From: Candidatus Anoxychlamydiales bacterium
GTDB lineage: Bacteria > Chlamydiota > Chlamydiia > Chlamydiales > SM23-39
DNA: 64,000 bases
Assembly (NCBI GenBank): GCA_011065125.1
Contig: JAAKFI010000002.1
Location: 23-64,022 of the forward strand
Direction of reading: 5' to 3'
Position numbers and translations under genes: made by a program. The notes beneath the pieces are model-generated. The model was given only the letters and a program-made list of their open reading frames with translations. It was not told the origin of the DNA and did no database searches. This document shows positions 19,729 through 29,170 of the stretch, one piece after another; within the stretch, counting starts at the first letter, position 1; each line of letters starts with the position of its first letter.

Positions 19729-20607
19729 ATGATACAAAATAATAAAATCGGATACATTTTTCCTACTATAGAAAATGATATTTTAGAAATACAACCGAAA
19801 GAAAATTTTTTTTCAAGACTATTTAAAAAAAATAAAATTACAAAAAAAAATAAAAAATATAATTTTTTTGATGAAAAACTAGAAGAATTTCATAAAAAAA
19901 TAAAGCATCTCACTTTTCAAAAAACTCTTTTTTTTAATTTAAACGACACTTCTTTTTTTGAGAGTTTTTTTTCAAATATTGAAAATGAAATAATTGATAA
20001 ATGGTATGTATTTCCCCTTTTTTTTCAGTTTAGTGAAGCTACAACTTCAAAAATTGCTAATTTTTTTTTAGAAAACCTAAATGAAAAAACTTTAAATAAA
20101 CTGTTTTGGATAAAATCTATTTCAAGCCATACAAAGTATATATCTTTTTTACAAAAAAAAATAATTAGTCTATTGAGAACTAATCATTTAGATGAAAAAG
20201 ATTGCGTTTTTATTTTTTTTACTAATACTTTTGATGAACTCTCCCTGCACTGTAACTTATTTAATTTAGAAATTAATACAACTTTTCAAAAAGTTATAAA
20301 AAAATTCCCCTATGCCTTTTGTGAAATAAACTTTTTTGATGATATTGAGAAATCTTTAAAAAATTTAGATGATACAATAAATAAAACAAAAAAAAGAAAA
20401 AATTATATATTTATTCCATTAAATATTTTTGATGAAGTTAGATTAAAAAATAATTTAAGCTTAATTTTTGAAAAACTGCAAAAAAATAATAAAAATTATT
20501 TTTTATTATCTAATATTTTTACAGAAAAAGAATTTTTATTGGATATTTTTGAGATAATAAATGAAAAAAACTTTGTGACCAACCAAATGCTCAGTAATAA
20601 TATATGA
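19729..20607 (+). CDS. Hypothetical protein (292 aa, Phe/Asn/Lys-rich)
   Basis: Long stop-free frame with an ATGA overlap onto the downstream GT9 gene. No family recognised. Confidence 0.5.
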   Translation: MIQNNKIGYIFPTIENDILEIQPKENFFSRLFKKNKITKKNKKYNFFDEKLEEFHKKIKHLTFQKTLFFNLNDTSFFESFFSNIENEIIDKWYVFPLFFQFSEATTSKIANFFLENLNEKTLNKLFWIKSISSHTKYISFLQKKIISLLRTNHLDEKDCVFIFFTNTFDELSLHCNLFNLEINTTFQKVIKKFPYAFCEINFFDDIEKSLKNLDDTINKTKKRKNYIFIPLNIFDEVRLKNNLSLIFEKLQKNNKNYFLLSNIFTEKEFLLDIFEIINEKNFVTNQMLSNNI

Positions 20608-21704
20608 TCTCAAAAAAAAGTAACTTGAAAAATTTTTTAATTAAGACAATATTTTTTCTTTCTACTTTTTCATTAAAAAAGAAAAATAAATTTAATGAAA
20701 AAAATCCTAGAATTTTAATAGTAACAACAACTGCAATTGGGGATACTCTTTGGGCTACTCCTTTTATTAAAAGCATAAAAGAAAAATATTCTAAAAGTTA
20801 TTTATCCGTCTTAACTAGCAAAATTGGATTTGAAATACTAAAAAACAACCCTTATTTAGATGAGCTTTTTTTTATAAAAGAGCCTGTATATAAATCTTTT
20901 TTTTCTACTTTAAAAAAAATAAGAAAAAATAAATTTGAAGCAATTTTGATTTTTCATGCCTCTCAAAGATTAATTCTTCCAATGATAGCTCTAACAAATG
21001 CTTCAATTATTGCAAGCTCTCATGGACTTAATAAAGATTTAGATTTTTTATTAACTCATAAAACTAAATCAAAAAATTTGCATGAAATTCTAAGAAGAGA
21101 TGAAATAACTAAAGTAATAAATATTAAAACTTTAGATTTTTCTTTAAAATATTATTTAGAAAAAGAAAAAAAATATCCTATTACCTTTACTCAAGAAAAA
21201 AAATATCTATTTGTAATTCATCCGGGAGCTTCTAAAAAAGAAAAATGTTATCCCCCAAAATATTTTATTGAGCTTGGCAGACTTTTAAAAAATAATTTTG
21301 ATTGTAATATTATAATTACAGGATCTATGAAAGAAAAAAAATTAATAAAGTTTATTTCATCACAAATTGAGGCTTCTTTTAATTATGTAAGCACTAGTTT
21401 AAATGAGTTTGCTTGCATTCTAAATAAGATGGATCTTTTAATTACCAATGATACAGGACCAATGCATCTAGCTAGCGCTTTAAATAAAAATGTTGCTGCT
21501 TTTTTTGGACCTACAAATCCAAAAATTTCAGCTCCATATAATTATAAAAAAGTCTTAGTTTTTGAAAGTAGAAATGCATGTAAGATATGCATATATAAAA
21601 AATGTACGAATGCTATTTGTTTTTATAGTATAAATCCTAATATAGTGTTTAATAAAATAAAAAATTATTTTAATTCAAAAAAACAAAATTTTATCTCAAT
21701 TTAA
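20604..21704 (+). CDS. Glycosyltransferase family 9 (LPS heptosyltransferase-like)
   Basis: N-terminal ILIVTTTAIGDTLWATPFIKSIK. C-terminal LITNDTGPMHLASALNKNVAAFFGPTNP. Both are typical GT9 signatures. Confidence 0.8.
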   Translation: MISKKSNLKNFLIKTIFFLSTFSLKKKNKFNEKNPRILIVTTTAIGDTLWATPFIKSIKEKYSKSYLSVLTSKIGFEILKNNPYLDELFFIKEPVYKSFFSTLKKIRKNKFEAILIFHASQRLILPMIALTNASIIASSHGLNKDLDFLLTHKTKSKNLHEILRRDEITKVINIKTLDFSLKYYLEKEKKYPITFTQEKKYLFVIHPGASKKEKCYPPKYFIELGRLLKNNFDCNIIITGSMKEKKLIKFISSQIEASFNYVSTSLNEFACILNKMDLLITNDTGPMHLASALNKNVAAFFGPTNPKISAPYNYKKVLVFESRNACKICIYKKCTNAICFYSINPNIVFNKIKNYFNSKKQNFISI

Positions 21705-21754
21705 ATATTAAAGATGTTATAAATAAATTAAATGATAAGGAATTTTAGAGGATT

Positions 21755-22594
21755 ATGAAAAAAATAATTTCTTTTATTTTACTAGCTCTAATCTTAGTTA
21801 GCTGTGAATCTAGTAAAACAATTGTAAACAATCTTGATGAGAGAAGCGCCAATGAAATCGTTGTGTATTTAGCTTCTAAAGGAATAGCTGCCCAAAAAAT
21901 TCAAGCAGGATCAACAGGACCAGGTACTGGTGCTACAAATCTTTGGAATATTTTCGTTGATGAAAAAAAACAAGTAGATGCTATGACTCTATTAAATCAA
22001 GTAGGTCTTCCACGAATTAAAGGTACAAATTTACTTACTTTATTTGATGGAAAAAGTCTTATGAAATCAGATAAAGAAGAAAATATTCGCTATCAAGCTG
22101 GAATCGAAGAAGAACTTAAAAATATAATTAGAAAAATTGATGGTGTTTTAGATGCAGATGTAAGAATTTCTTTTCCACAAGCTCAAGAGGTTGGTTTTAC
22201 TGCAACACAAACTCCTAAAATAAAAGCTGCAGTTTATATAAAACATCAAGGAATATTTGATGATCCCAATCAACATTTAGATAGTAAAATTAAAAGATTA
22301 GTTGCTGGGAGTATAGATAATTTAAGCTTTGATGATGTCACTGTAATTTCCGATAAATCTAGAATTGCTGATATTCAAATGATACCCGATGTCAAAACGC
22401 TAGGACCTAGAGCTTTAGATAAAGAGTATGTGAAAATATGGTCAATTATAATGACTAAAAATTCTGCAAGTAAATTTAGAACTATCTTTTTTACTATGAT
22501 ATTTTTAATTTTAATCTTTGCAGGACTTATGGGATATTTGATTTATAAATTTTATCCGGAAATTCAAAAAAAAATAAAAGCATCAAAAAAATAA
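21755..22594 (+). CDS. sctJ: Type III secretion inner-membrane ring lipoprotein SctJ (CdsJ/YscJ)
   Basis: Lipobox ILVSC. LDERSANEIVVYLASKGIAAQK, and later DGVLDADVRISFP. C-terminal TM anchor. Confidence 0.9.
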   Translation: MKKIISFILLALILVSCESSKTIVNNLDERSANEIVVYLASKGIAAQKIQAGSTGPGTGATNLWNIFVDEKKQVDAMTLLNQVGLPRIKGTNLLTLFDGKSLMKSDKEENIRYQAGIEEELKNIIRKIDGVLDADVRISFPQAQEVGFTATQTPKIKAAVYIKHQGIFDDPNQHLDSKIKRLVAGSIDNLSFDDVTVISDKSRIADIQMIPDVKTLGPRALDKEYVKIWSIIMTKNSASKFRTIFFTMIFLILIFAGLMGYLIYKFYPEIQKKIKASKK

Positions 22595-22835
22595 AAAGAA
22601 TAAATCAATAGATATCATTTTAAATGTTTTATTAAATAAAGAACCTCAAGATGAAAAAAACAAGCTTCTTTTATTTTTAGATAGTAATACTGTAGATTCA
22701 GTTACTAAAAAAAAATATGATGCTATTGATATTGATACTTCCGTAATATTAAAAAAAACATTAATTGATAATATCCACTATTCTTGGTTTATTCCTCTTT
22801 TAAAAAGTTTTAAAAAAGAAGAAATTGATTTTTTC

Positions 22836-23459
22836 TTGTTATCAATGAGCTCAGATAAAAAAAAATCATTAGAAAAAATATTAAGTCATAAAACTAAAAA
22901 TATCACTTTATCCGATGTAGTGAAAAAATATTTTAATGAACTTTTATTTGAAAATTTGATATCTAAAGATTCATCTCTTTTACCTATAACCTACCTTTTA
23001 AAATCAAATCTATCCTCTCTTTTATCATTAAATAAGTATCAGCTTGTAAAATTAATAAATTATTTATCTCTCTACGATTTAGTAAAAGAAATGAAATACT
23101 TAGTCGATACAAAGTATTTAAAAAAAATATATTCTTTTTTAACCTCTGATGAAAAAAAATTTTTAAATAAAATTCTTAAGTATAATGAGCCTTTTTCTAC
23201 TAAAAGATTAAATTTAGAAAAATTTAACTTAGAGAAAAAAACAATTAGAAATATACTACATAAAAGAGGTCTCGAAAGACTTGCATATGCTATTTCTTCA
23301 CAAAATGAAGATTTTATATGGTATATTATGCATTTTTTAGATATCGGTAGAGCTATGATATTAGAAAAATTAATAAGAAAGAATAAAAACTTAGGTATAT
23401 CAGATATTATAATATCACAAATATTTTATGTTTTAGAAAATAATATGAGCAATTTATGA
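22836..23459 (+). CDS. T3SS protein at the SctK position (between sctJ and sctL; chlamydial CT560-like); 5' end uncertain
   Basis: The assignment is positional only. The track start is TTG 22836, but the same frame is stop-free back to 22578 (see findings). Confidence 0.55.
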   Translation: MLSMSSDKKKSLEKILSHKTKNITLSDVVKKYFNELLFENLISKDSSLLPITYLLKSNLSSLLSLNKYQLVKLINYLSLYDLVKEMKYLVDTKYLKKIYSFLTSDEKKFLNKILKYNEPFSTKRLNLEKFNLEKKTIRNILHKRGLERLAYAISSQNEDFIWYIMHFLDIGRAMILEKLIRKNKNLGISDIIISQIFYVLENNMSNL

Positions 23460-24076
23460 AATTTTTTAGTTTTTCAAATAAAGAAATACATCCCCAAATT
23501 AATGAAAAAATAATTGATTCAAAAGATTTCGCACAACTTTTAGAAATTGATGATTTATTAAAAGAAGCTAAAGAAGACATTAAAAAACAAAAACTACTTT
23601 GTGATAAAGACTGTGAAACCTTAAAAAAAGAAGCTAAAAAAGAAGGTTTTAATCAAGGATTAGATAAATTTAACAAACACATTTTAAAGATAGATAAGAA
23701 TTTAAAAGAAATTTCTAAAACTATAGAAAAAAAGATTTTTACTATAGCCTTAAGTGCTGTTAAAAAAATTGTTGGTCAAGAATTAGAAATTCATCCAGAT
23801 AGAATCATAGATATTGTAAAACAAGCCCTAAAACCTGTTCTCCAACATAAAAAAATTAAAATTTATGTAAATAAATTAGATTTAGAAATTTTAGAAAAAG
23901 AAAAACAAAAAATTAAAGATATATTAGATTCAATTGAATATTTTTTAATTCAAGAAAGAGATGATATTCAAAGAGGTGGATGTATTATAGAAACTGAAGC
24001 TGGAATTATAAATGCTCAACTTGAAAATCAATTTAGAGCAATTGAAGCTGCCTTTGAATCTTTTAAAAAAAAATAG
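23456..24076 (+). CDS. sctL: Type III secretion stator protein SctL (CdsL; FliH/YscL family)
   Basis: Position upstream of sctR. Coiled-coil N-terminal half and C-terminal ...GGCIIETEAGIINAQLENQFRAIE..., typical of FliH/SctL. ATGA overlap with the upstream gene. Confidence 0.8.
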   Translation: MKFFSFSNKEIHPQINEKIIDSKDFAQLLEIDDLLKEAKEDIKKQKLLCDKDCETLKKEAKKEGFNQGLDKFNKHILKIDKNLKEISKTIEKKIFTIALSAVKKIVGQELEIHPDRIIDIVKQALKPVLQHKKIKIYVNKLDLEILEKEKQKIKDILDSIEYFLIQERDDIQRGGCIIETEAGIINAQLENQFRAIEAAFESFKKK

Positions 24077-24086
24077 TGAATAAATT

Positions 24087-24854
24087 ATGAAAATATTAAA
24101 TAAAAACTACTTTAAAATTTTTCTTATGCTTTTTATATTTTCAACTATTTCTATTTTTGCCCAAGAAATTCCAGGTGATTATAATGTAAATCCTCCTCTT
24201 GTTACTAGACTTGCAGTCTTAGCTGGACTTGCTCTTTTACCATTTGCTGTTATGCTACTTACATCTTTTGTAAAAATTATCATTGTGTTACAACTTCTTC
24301 GAAGTGCTCTTGGAGTGCAACAAACTCCACCGAATCAAGTGTTAAATGGAATAGCTTTAATGCTTACAATTTATGTTATGTTTCCAACTGGCGTTAAAAT
24401 GTATGAAGCTTCTAAAGAAATTATCGAACAAGCAAGACCTAAAGAGATGTTTTCAAATCAAAGCGCTCAATATATTATTGATATAGTAGATAAATCTAAA
24501 CAGCCTTTAAAAGAATTTTTACAAAAAAACTGTGTTACTAAACATATAAAAAGTTTTTATGCTATGGCATATAAACTTTTTCCATCTCCTTATAAAGAAA
24601 GTTTAAAACCAAATGATTTTATTGTATTAGTCCCATCATTTATTACATCGCAAATAAAAGCTGCTTTTGAAATTGGAGTACTCATATATTTGCCATTTTT
24701 CGTAATAGATATTGTAACTTCAAATATATTACTTGCTATGGGAATGATGATGTTATCACCTTTAACTATTGCTCTTCCAATTAAACTTTTGCTTTTAGTT
24801 ATGATTGATGGTTGGACAATATTAGTTCAAGGTCTAGTAATGACATTTAGGTAA
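24087..24854 (+). CDS. sctR: Type III secretion export-gate protein SctR (CdsR; FliP family)
   Basis: LLPFAVMLLTSFVKIIIVLQLLRSALGVQQTPPNQVLNGIAL...AFEIG.LIYLPF..IDIV..NILLAMGMMMLSP is the FliP/YscR signature. Confidence 0.95.
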   Translation: MKILNKNYFKIFLMLFIFSTISIFAQEIPGDYNVNPPLVTRLAVLAGLALLPFAVMLLTSFVKIIIVLQLLRSALGVQQTPPNQVLNGIALMLTIYVMFPTGVKMYEASKEIIEQARPKEMFSNQSAQYIIDIVDKSKQPLKEFLQKNCVTKHIKSFYAMAYKLFPSPYKESLKPNDFIVLVPSFITSQIKAAFEIGVLIYLPFFVIDIVTSNILLAMGMMMLSPLTIALPIKLLLLVMIDGWTILVQGLVMTFR

Positions 24855-24864
24855 AAGGTGAATT

Positions 24865-25134
24865 ATGTTTCAAAATGAAATTTATCAATTAACATATCAA
24901 GCTTTATTTTTGATTTTGTTATTATCGGGACCTCCAATTCTAATCAGTATGATTTTGGGATTAATGGTAGCTATTTTCCAGGCTGCCACTCAAATTCAGG
25001 AGCAAACACTTTCCTTTACTGTAAAACTTTTTGCAACAATTTTAACTCTTATGATGTTAGGTGGATGGCTTGGAGCTCAAATAGTGAATTTTGCAAATAC
25101 AATATTTAAAAATTTTCCATCGTGGAATATGTAA
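24865..25134 (+). CDS. sctS: Type III secretion export-gate protein SctS (CdsS; FliQ family)
   Basis: 89 aa, two TM helices, and AIFQAATQIQEQTLSF, the FliQ/YscS motif. Confidence 0.93.
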   Translation: MFQNEIYQLTYQALFLILLLSGPPILISMILGLMVAIFQAATQIQEQTLSFTVKLFATILTLMMLGGWLGAQIVNFANTIFKNFPSWNM

Positions 25135-25137
25135 AAA

Positions 25138-25989
25138 ATGCCAACTTTAGTTGAAACAGATACCTATTTAAATCTACTTTTGTCAATTCCCGGATTGAAC
25201 CCCAATACTATTTTATCTGCTCTTTTTTTAAGTTTAGCTAGAATTTTTCCAATAACAATGCTCGCTCCTTTTTTTGGCGCAAAAAATGTACCCGCTCCTG
25301 TTAGAATAATGTTTAGCTTATCCCTGCTAGCAATTTTGCTGCCTTCCATATTATTAAACTTAAAAGTAAATATTCCATTTGATTTAAATTACATAGGCTA
25401 TCTTTTAAAAGAGTTATTTATTGGTTTTATTTTAGGGTTTTTGGTAGCTATCCCCTTTTTTATAGCTCAATCCGCAGGATCTTTAACAGATCATATGAGA
25501 GGAGCTCAATCCTTGCAAGTTACCGATCCTACAACAAATTCTCAAACAGGACCTATTGGAATTTTTTATAACTATGTTTTAATTACTATATTTTATTTTA
25601 TTGGAGGACCATTTATTTTTTTAGAAGCTCTTTCAAAATCTTATATTATAATTCCAATTAATAAATTTATAAACCCTCTTTTTTTCTCTTTAAAATTACC
25701 AATTTGGAAATTAATAATTGGCCTTTCTAATTATATTTTAAGTATGGCTATACAACTAGCCGCTCCTTCTTTAATTGGTGTTTTAATGGCGGAGATGTTT
25801 TTAGGGATCGCTAATAGATTAGCGCCTCAAGTTCAAATAGTTTTTCTTGGGATATCCTTAAAATCTTGGGTGGGATTAGCACTTTTAGCTGCTGGCTGGT
25901 ATTTTATTATGATACAACTTGGAAAAGAATCGGAAAATTGGCTTAAGGTTATTCAAACAACATTAGATCATACAAAAAAATTCATGTAG
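25138..25989 (+). CDS. sctT: Type III secretion export-gate protein SctT (CdsT; FliR family)
   Basis: 283 aa, about 6 TM. FliR-like pattern with the gene order R-S-T. Confidence 0.9.
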   Translation: MPTLVETDTYLNLLLSIPGLNPNTILSALFLSLARIFPITMLAPFFGAKNVPAPVRIMFSLSLLAILLPSILLNLKVNIPFDLNYIGYLLKELFIGFILGFLVAIPFFIAQSAGSLTDHMRGAQSLQVTDPTTNSQTGPIGIFYNYVLITIFYFIGGPFIFLEALSKSYIIIPINKFINPLFFSLKLPIWKLIIGLSNYILSMAIQLAAPSLIGVLMAEMFLGIANRLAPQVQIVFLGISLKSWVGLALLAAGWYFIMIQLGKESENWLKVIQTTLDHTKKFM

Positions 25990-27199
25990 ATAATTTAGCT
26001 ATTACTTCTTTTAAAGAATTAATAAAATAATCTATATCTTCAAATGTTGTATATATTCCAAAAGAAATTCTAAGAGTTGATTCAACATTAAACCTTTGCA
26101 TTGTAGGTTGTGCACAGTGATGACCTGTTCTAATTGCAATTTTTTTCATATCTAAAAATGTTGCTACATCCATTGGATGAAGATCTTTTATTATAAAACT
26201 AATAACAGATCCTTTGTTTTTGCTATCACCTATTATTTTTAAATTTTTTATCTCTTTTAATTTAGAAGTTGCGTAATTTAAAAGCTCTTTCTCTCTTTTG
26301 TAAATATTATCCATGCCAATTGTTTCTAAATAATCCATAGCATCTTTAAAAGCTATTATAGCTGCAATATTAGGAGTTCCCGCTTCAAACTTTAAAGGAG
26401 CTTTTTGATATGTAGTTTCTTGATTAAAACTAACCGTCTCTATCATATCCCCTCCTCCTTGAATAGGAGGCATCATTTCTAAAATATCTTCTTTAGCATA
26501 TAAAACTCCAACACCAGTTGGTCCATACATCTTATGAGAAGAAAAAACATAAAAATCTGAGTCTAAATCTTGAACATCAACTTTTTGATGTGCTATAGCT
26601 TGAGCCCCATCTACCAAAACTAATGCAGAGGTTTTACTTCTAACTTCTTTAATAATTTCTTTTACTGGATGAATAATACCTGTGGAATTTGCCATATGAG
26701 CAATACATACTAGTTTTGTTTTATCTGATAAAAGTGTTTTAAAATAATCAATATCAATTTCAGCATTTTCATTTACTTTAGCTACTTTTAAAATTGCATT
26801 TTTTTCTTTGCAAAGCATTTGCCATGGAACAATATTTGAATGATGCTCTGTTTCTATAATTATAATTTCATCTGATTGCGATATATTTTTTTTACCAAAG
26901 CTTAAAGCTACTAAATTAATACTATCAGTTGCACCTTTTGTAAAAACTATCTCATTTGAACTTTTAGCATTTATAAAAGACTTTAATTTATTCCTTGTCT
27001 CATCATATCTAATAGTTGCTTTTTTAGAAGGAGCATATATGCCTCTATGTACTGTTGCATATTCATTTTTATAAAAATGATTTAATGAATCAATTACGCT
27101 CTTAGGTTTTAAAGAGGTTGCTGCCGTATCTAAATATACATAAGCATTTTCTTGCAGCAAATAAGGGAAATCTTTTTTTATTTTATCAATATCAAACAT
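25982..27199 (-). CDS. sufS: Cysteine desulfurase SufS (class V aminotransferase)
   Basis: YLDTAATSLKP...HHSNIVPWQ...FSSHKMYGPTGVGVLY...RTGHHCAQP. Last gene of a sufBCDS block. Confidence 0.95.
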   Translation of the reverse strand: MFDIDKIKKDFPYLLQENAYVYLDTAATSLKPKSVIDSLNHFYKNEYATVHRGIYAPSKKATIRYDETRNKLKSFINAKSSNEIVFTKGATDSINLVALSFGKKNISQSDEIIIIETEHHSNIVPWQMLCKEKNAILKVAKVNENAEIDIDYFKTLLSDKTKLVCIAHMANSTGIIHPVKEIIKEVRSKTSALVLVDGAQAIAHQKVDVQDLDSDFYVFSSHKMYGPTGVGVLYAKEDILEMMPPIQGGGDMIETVSFNQETTYQKAPLKFEAGTPNIAAIIAFKDAMDYLETIGMDNIYKREKELLNYATSKLKEIKNLKIIGDSKNKGSVISFIIKDLHPMDVATFLDMKKIAIRTGHHCAQPTMQRFNVESTLRISFGIYTTFEDIDYFINSLKEVIAKLST

Positions 27200-27206
27200 A
27201 ATTTTT

Positions 27207-28433
27207 TTATAAGTAATTTTTTGTTTTTTCTTCTTTTATATTTTTGTCTTCAATTTGCTCTAAAATTTCTTTTATGAAAGAAAATATTAAAATATTTTGA
27301 GCTTTTTTTTCATTAAAGCCTCTTGTTTTTAAATAAAACATATCTTCTCCATCTAAATTAGAAGTAGTAGCGCCATGCGTTGCTATAACATCATCTGTAA
27401 AGACTTCTAAATTAGGTTTTGTTGTAACAGTGGATAAATCATCTAAAATAATATTTTTATTTATTTGATTACTCTTAGATAATTTGGCAATTGAATTCAT
27501 ATATACATTAGATTCTAAATAGAATTTAGAATTCTCATTTAAAATGCTTTTATAAATAAATAAAGAATTAGTTTCTTTATTTAAATGATTGATTTTTACA
27601 TTAGCAGAGATTTGATTTTCATTTATTAAATGAGATAAAAAATATAAGCTAACGCCAGCATTTTGCTCTAATAAATCAATGTTATAGTCTTGCTTTAAGT
27701 TTTTAATATTTTTTGTGAGATTCACTATTTTTAAATTAGATTTTTTTTCAACTTTTGCTCTTATAGAATCAAAATAAAATGCATTTTCACAAGCATTAGA
27801 GTCTTGAAAAATTGATAGATTACTGTCATTATTTAAATTTATATCTATTAATTGATTAAAAAATGATGGCTTTAAATTTTTTTCAATCTTAATTGTATTA
27901 ACTGAAGCATTTACATTTTTTTCAACATTGATAAATATTCTACTAGCTTTATGAGAGCTATCTTTAGTGATTATATTATAAATATTTATAGGATTTGAAA
28001 TAGTTGTGTTTTCTTTTATATTTATATATATACCATTTAAAAAGGCTGTATTTAAAAGACAAAAAATATTTTTTTCTACTTCTAGAGATTGTAAAAAGTG
28101 CTTTTGCAAAAATAAAGGATATTTTTGCATAGCTTTATTTAAATCTAATATTTCGATGTTTTTATCAAATATATTATTTTTTAAATAACTTCCATTTAAA
28201 AAAATAATAGAATTTTCTCTATTGCTAATAGACTCTTTATCTTCTTGATTAGCCGTATCGTTTATAAATGAATAATCAAATAATCTATTTAAAAAATTAT
28301 TTTTTAAAATATCTTTTTTATTAAAAATTTCAAAGTCTTTATTTCTTAAAACAGATAAGAAATCATCTTTTGGATTTTTTTCAAATTGCTCATTTATATT
28401 AAATAAAAAATTGTCTATTAGATTTTTAGTCAT
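27207..28433 (-). CDS. sufD: Fe-S cluster assembly protein SufD
   Basis: C-terminal HGATTSNLDGEDMFYLKTRGFNEKKAQNILI. Sits between sufC and sufS. Confidence 0.88.
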   Translation of the reverse strand: MTKNLIDNFLFNINEQFEKNPKDDFLSVLRNKDFEIFNKKDILKNNFLNRLFDYSFINDTANQEDKESISNRENSIIFLNGSYLKNNIFDKNIEILDLNKAMQKYPLFLQKHFLQSLEVEKNIFCLLNTAFLNGIYINIKENTTISNPINIYNIITKDSSHKASRIFINVEKNVNASVNTIKIEKNLKPSFFNQLIDINLNNDSNLSIFQDSNACENAFYFDSIRAKVEKKSNLKIVNLTKNIKNLKQDYNIDLLEQNAGVSLYFLSHLINENQISANVKINHLNKETNSLFIYKSILNENSKFYLESNVYMNSIAKLSKSNQINKNIILDDLSTVTTKPNLEVFTDDVIATHGATTSNLDGEDMFYLKTRGFNEKKAQNILIFSFIKEILEQIEDKNIKEEKTKNYL

Positions 28434-29166
28434 TTAAAAAATCATACCCTTTTTCTTCTAAAATTTTAGCAAAATTATGATCTGCGGATTTAATTATTTT
28501 ACCATCTTTTAAAACATGTACAAAATCTGCATTGATATAATTTAAAAGCCTGTCATAGTGAGTTATAATGATTAAAGAGTTATTTTCATTTTTGAAATGA
28601 TTGATTGCATTAGCAGCATCTTTAATCGCATCAATATCAAGACCTGAGTCTATCTCATCTAAAATTGCTATTTTAGGATTTAATAAAAGCATTTGAAGAA
28701 GCTCATATTTTTTCTTCTCTCCCCCTGAAAAACCTTCATTTATTCCTCTATCTAAAAAAAATTTATTGAAATTTACAATTGTTATTTTTTCTTCTAAAAG
28801 ATCGTCAAACTCTTTTTTAGATAAAATTGGCATGTTGTTTGCTTTTCTATTTATGTTAACCATACTTTTTAAAAAGTTATAGTTAGATACATTTGGTATT
28901 TCTATTGGATATTGAAACCCTATAAATACTTTTTTATGAACTCTTTTTTCAATCTCTAAAGAAAGTAAATTTTCATTATCTAAAAGCACTTCACCTTTAT
29001 GTGGGATGAAATCCACATGCCCTGCTATAGCTTTCACTAAAGAAGATTTACCCATACCATTTGGACCCATAATAATATGCAGTTCATTTTTATTTACTTT
29101 AAGATTAAGTCCGTTAAGTATGTTTTTTTCATCTATTTTTACATGTAAATCTTTAATTTCAAACAT
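28426..29166 (-). CDS. sufC: Fe-S cluster assembly ATPase SufC
   Basis: Walker A GPNGMGKSS, ABC signature FSGGEKKK, Walker B ILDEIDSGLD. Confidence 0.96.
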   Translation of the reverse strand: MFEIKDLHVKIDEKNILNGLNLKVNKNELHIIMGPNGMGKSSLVKAIAGHVDFIPHKGEVLLDNENLLSLEIEKRVHKKVFIGFQYPIEIPNVSNYNFLKSMVNINRKANNMPILSKKEFDDLLEEKITIVNFNKFFLDRGINEGFSGGEKKKYELLQMLLLNPKIAILDEIDSGLDIDAIKDAANAINHFKNENNSLIIITHYDRLLNYINADFVHVLKDGKIIKSADHNFAKILEEKGYDFLND

Positions 29167-29170
29167 TTTA

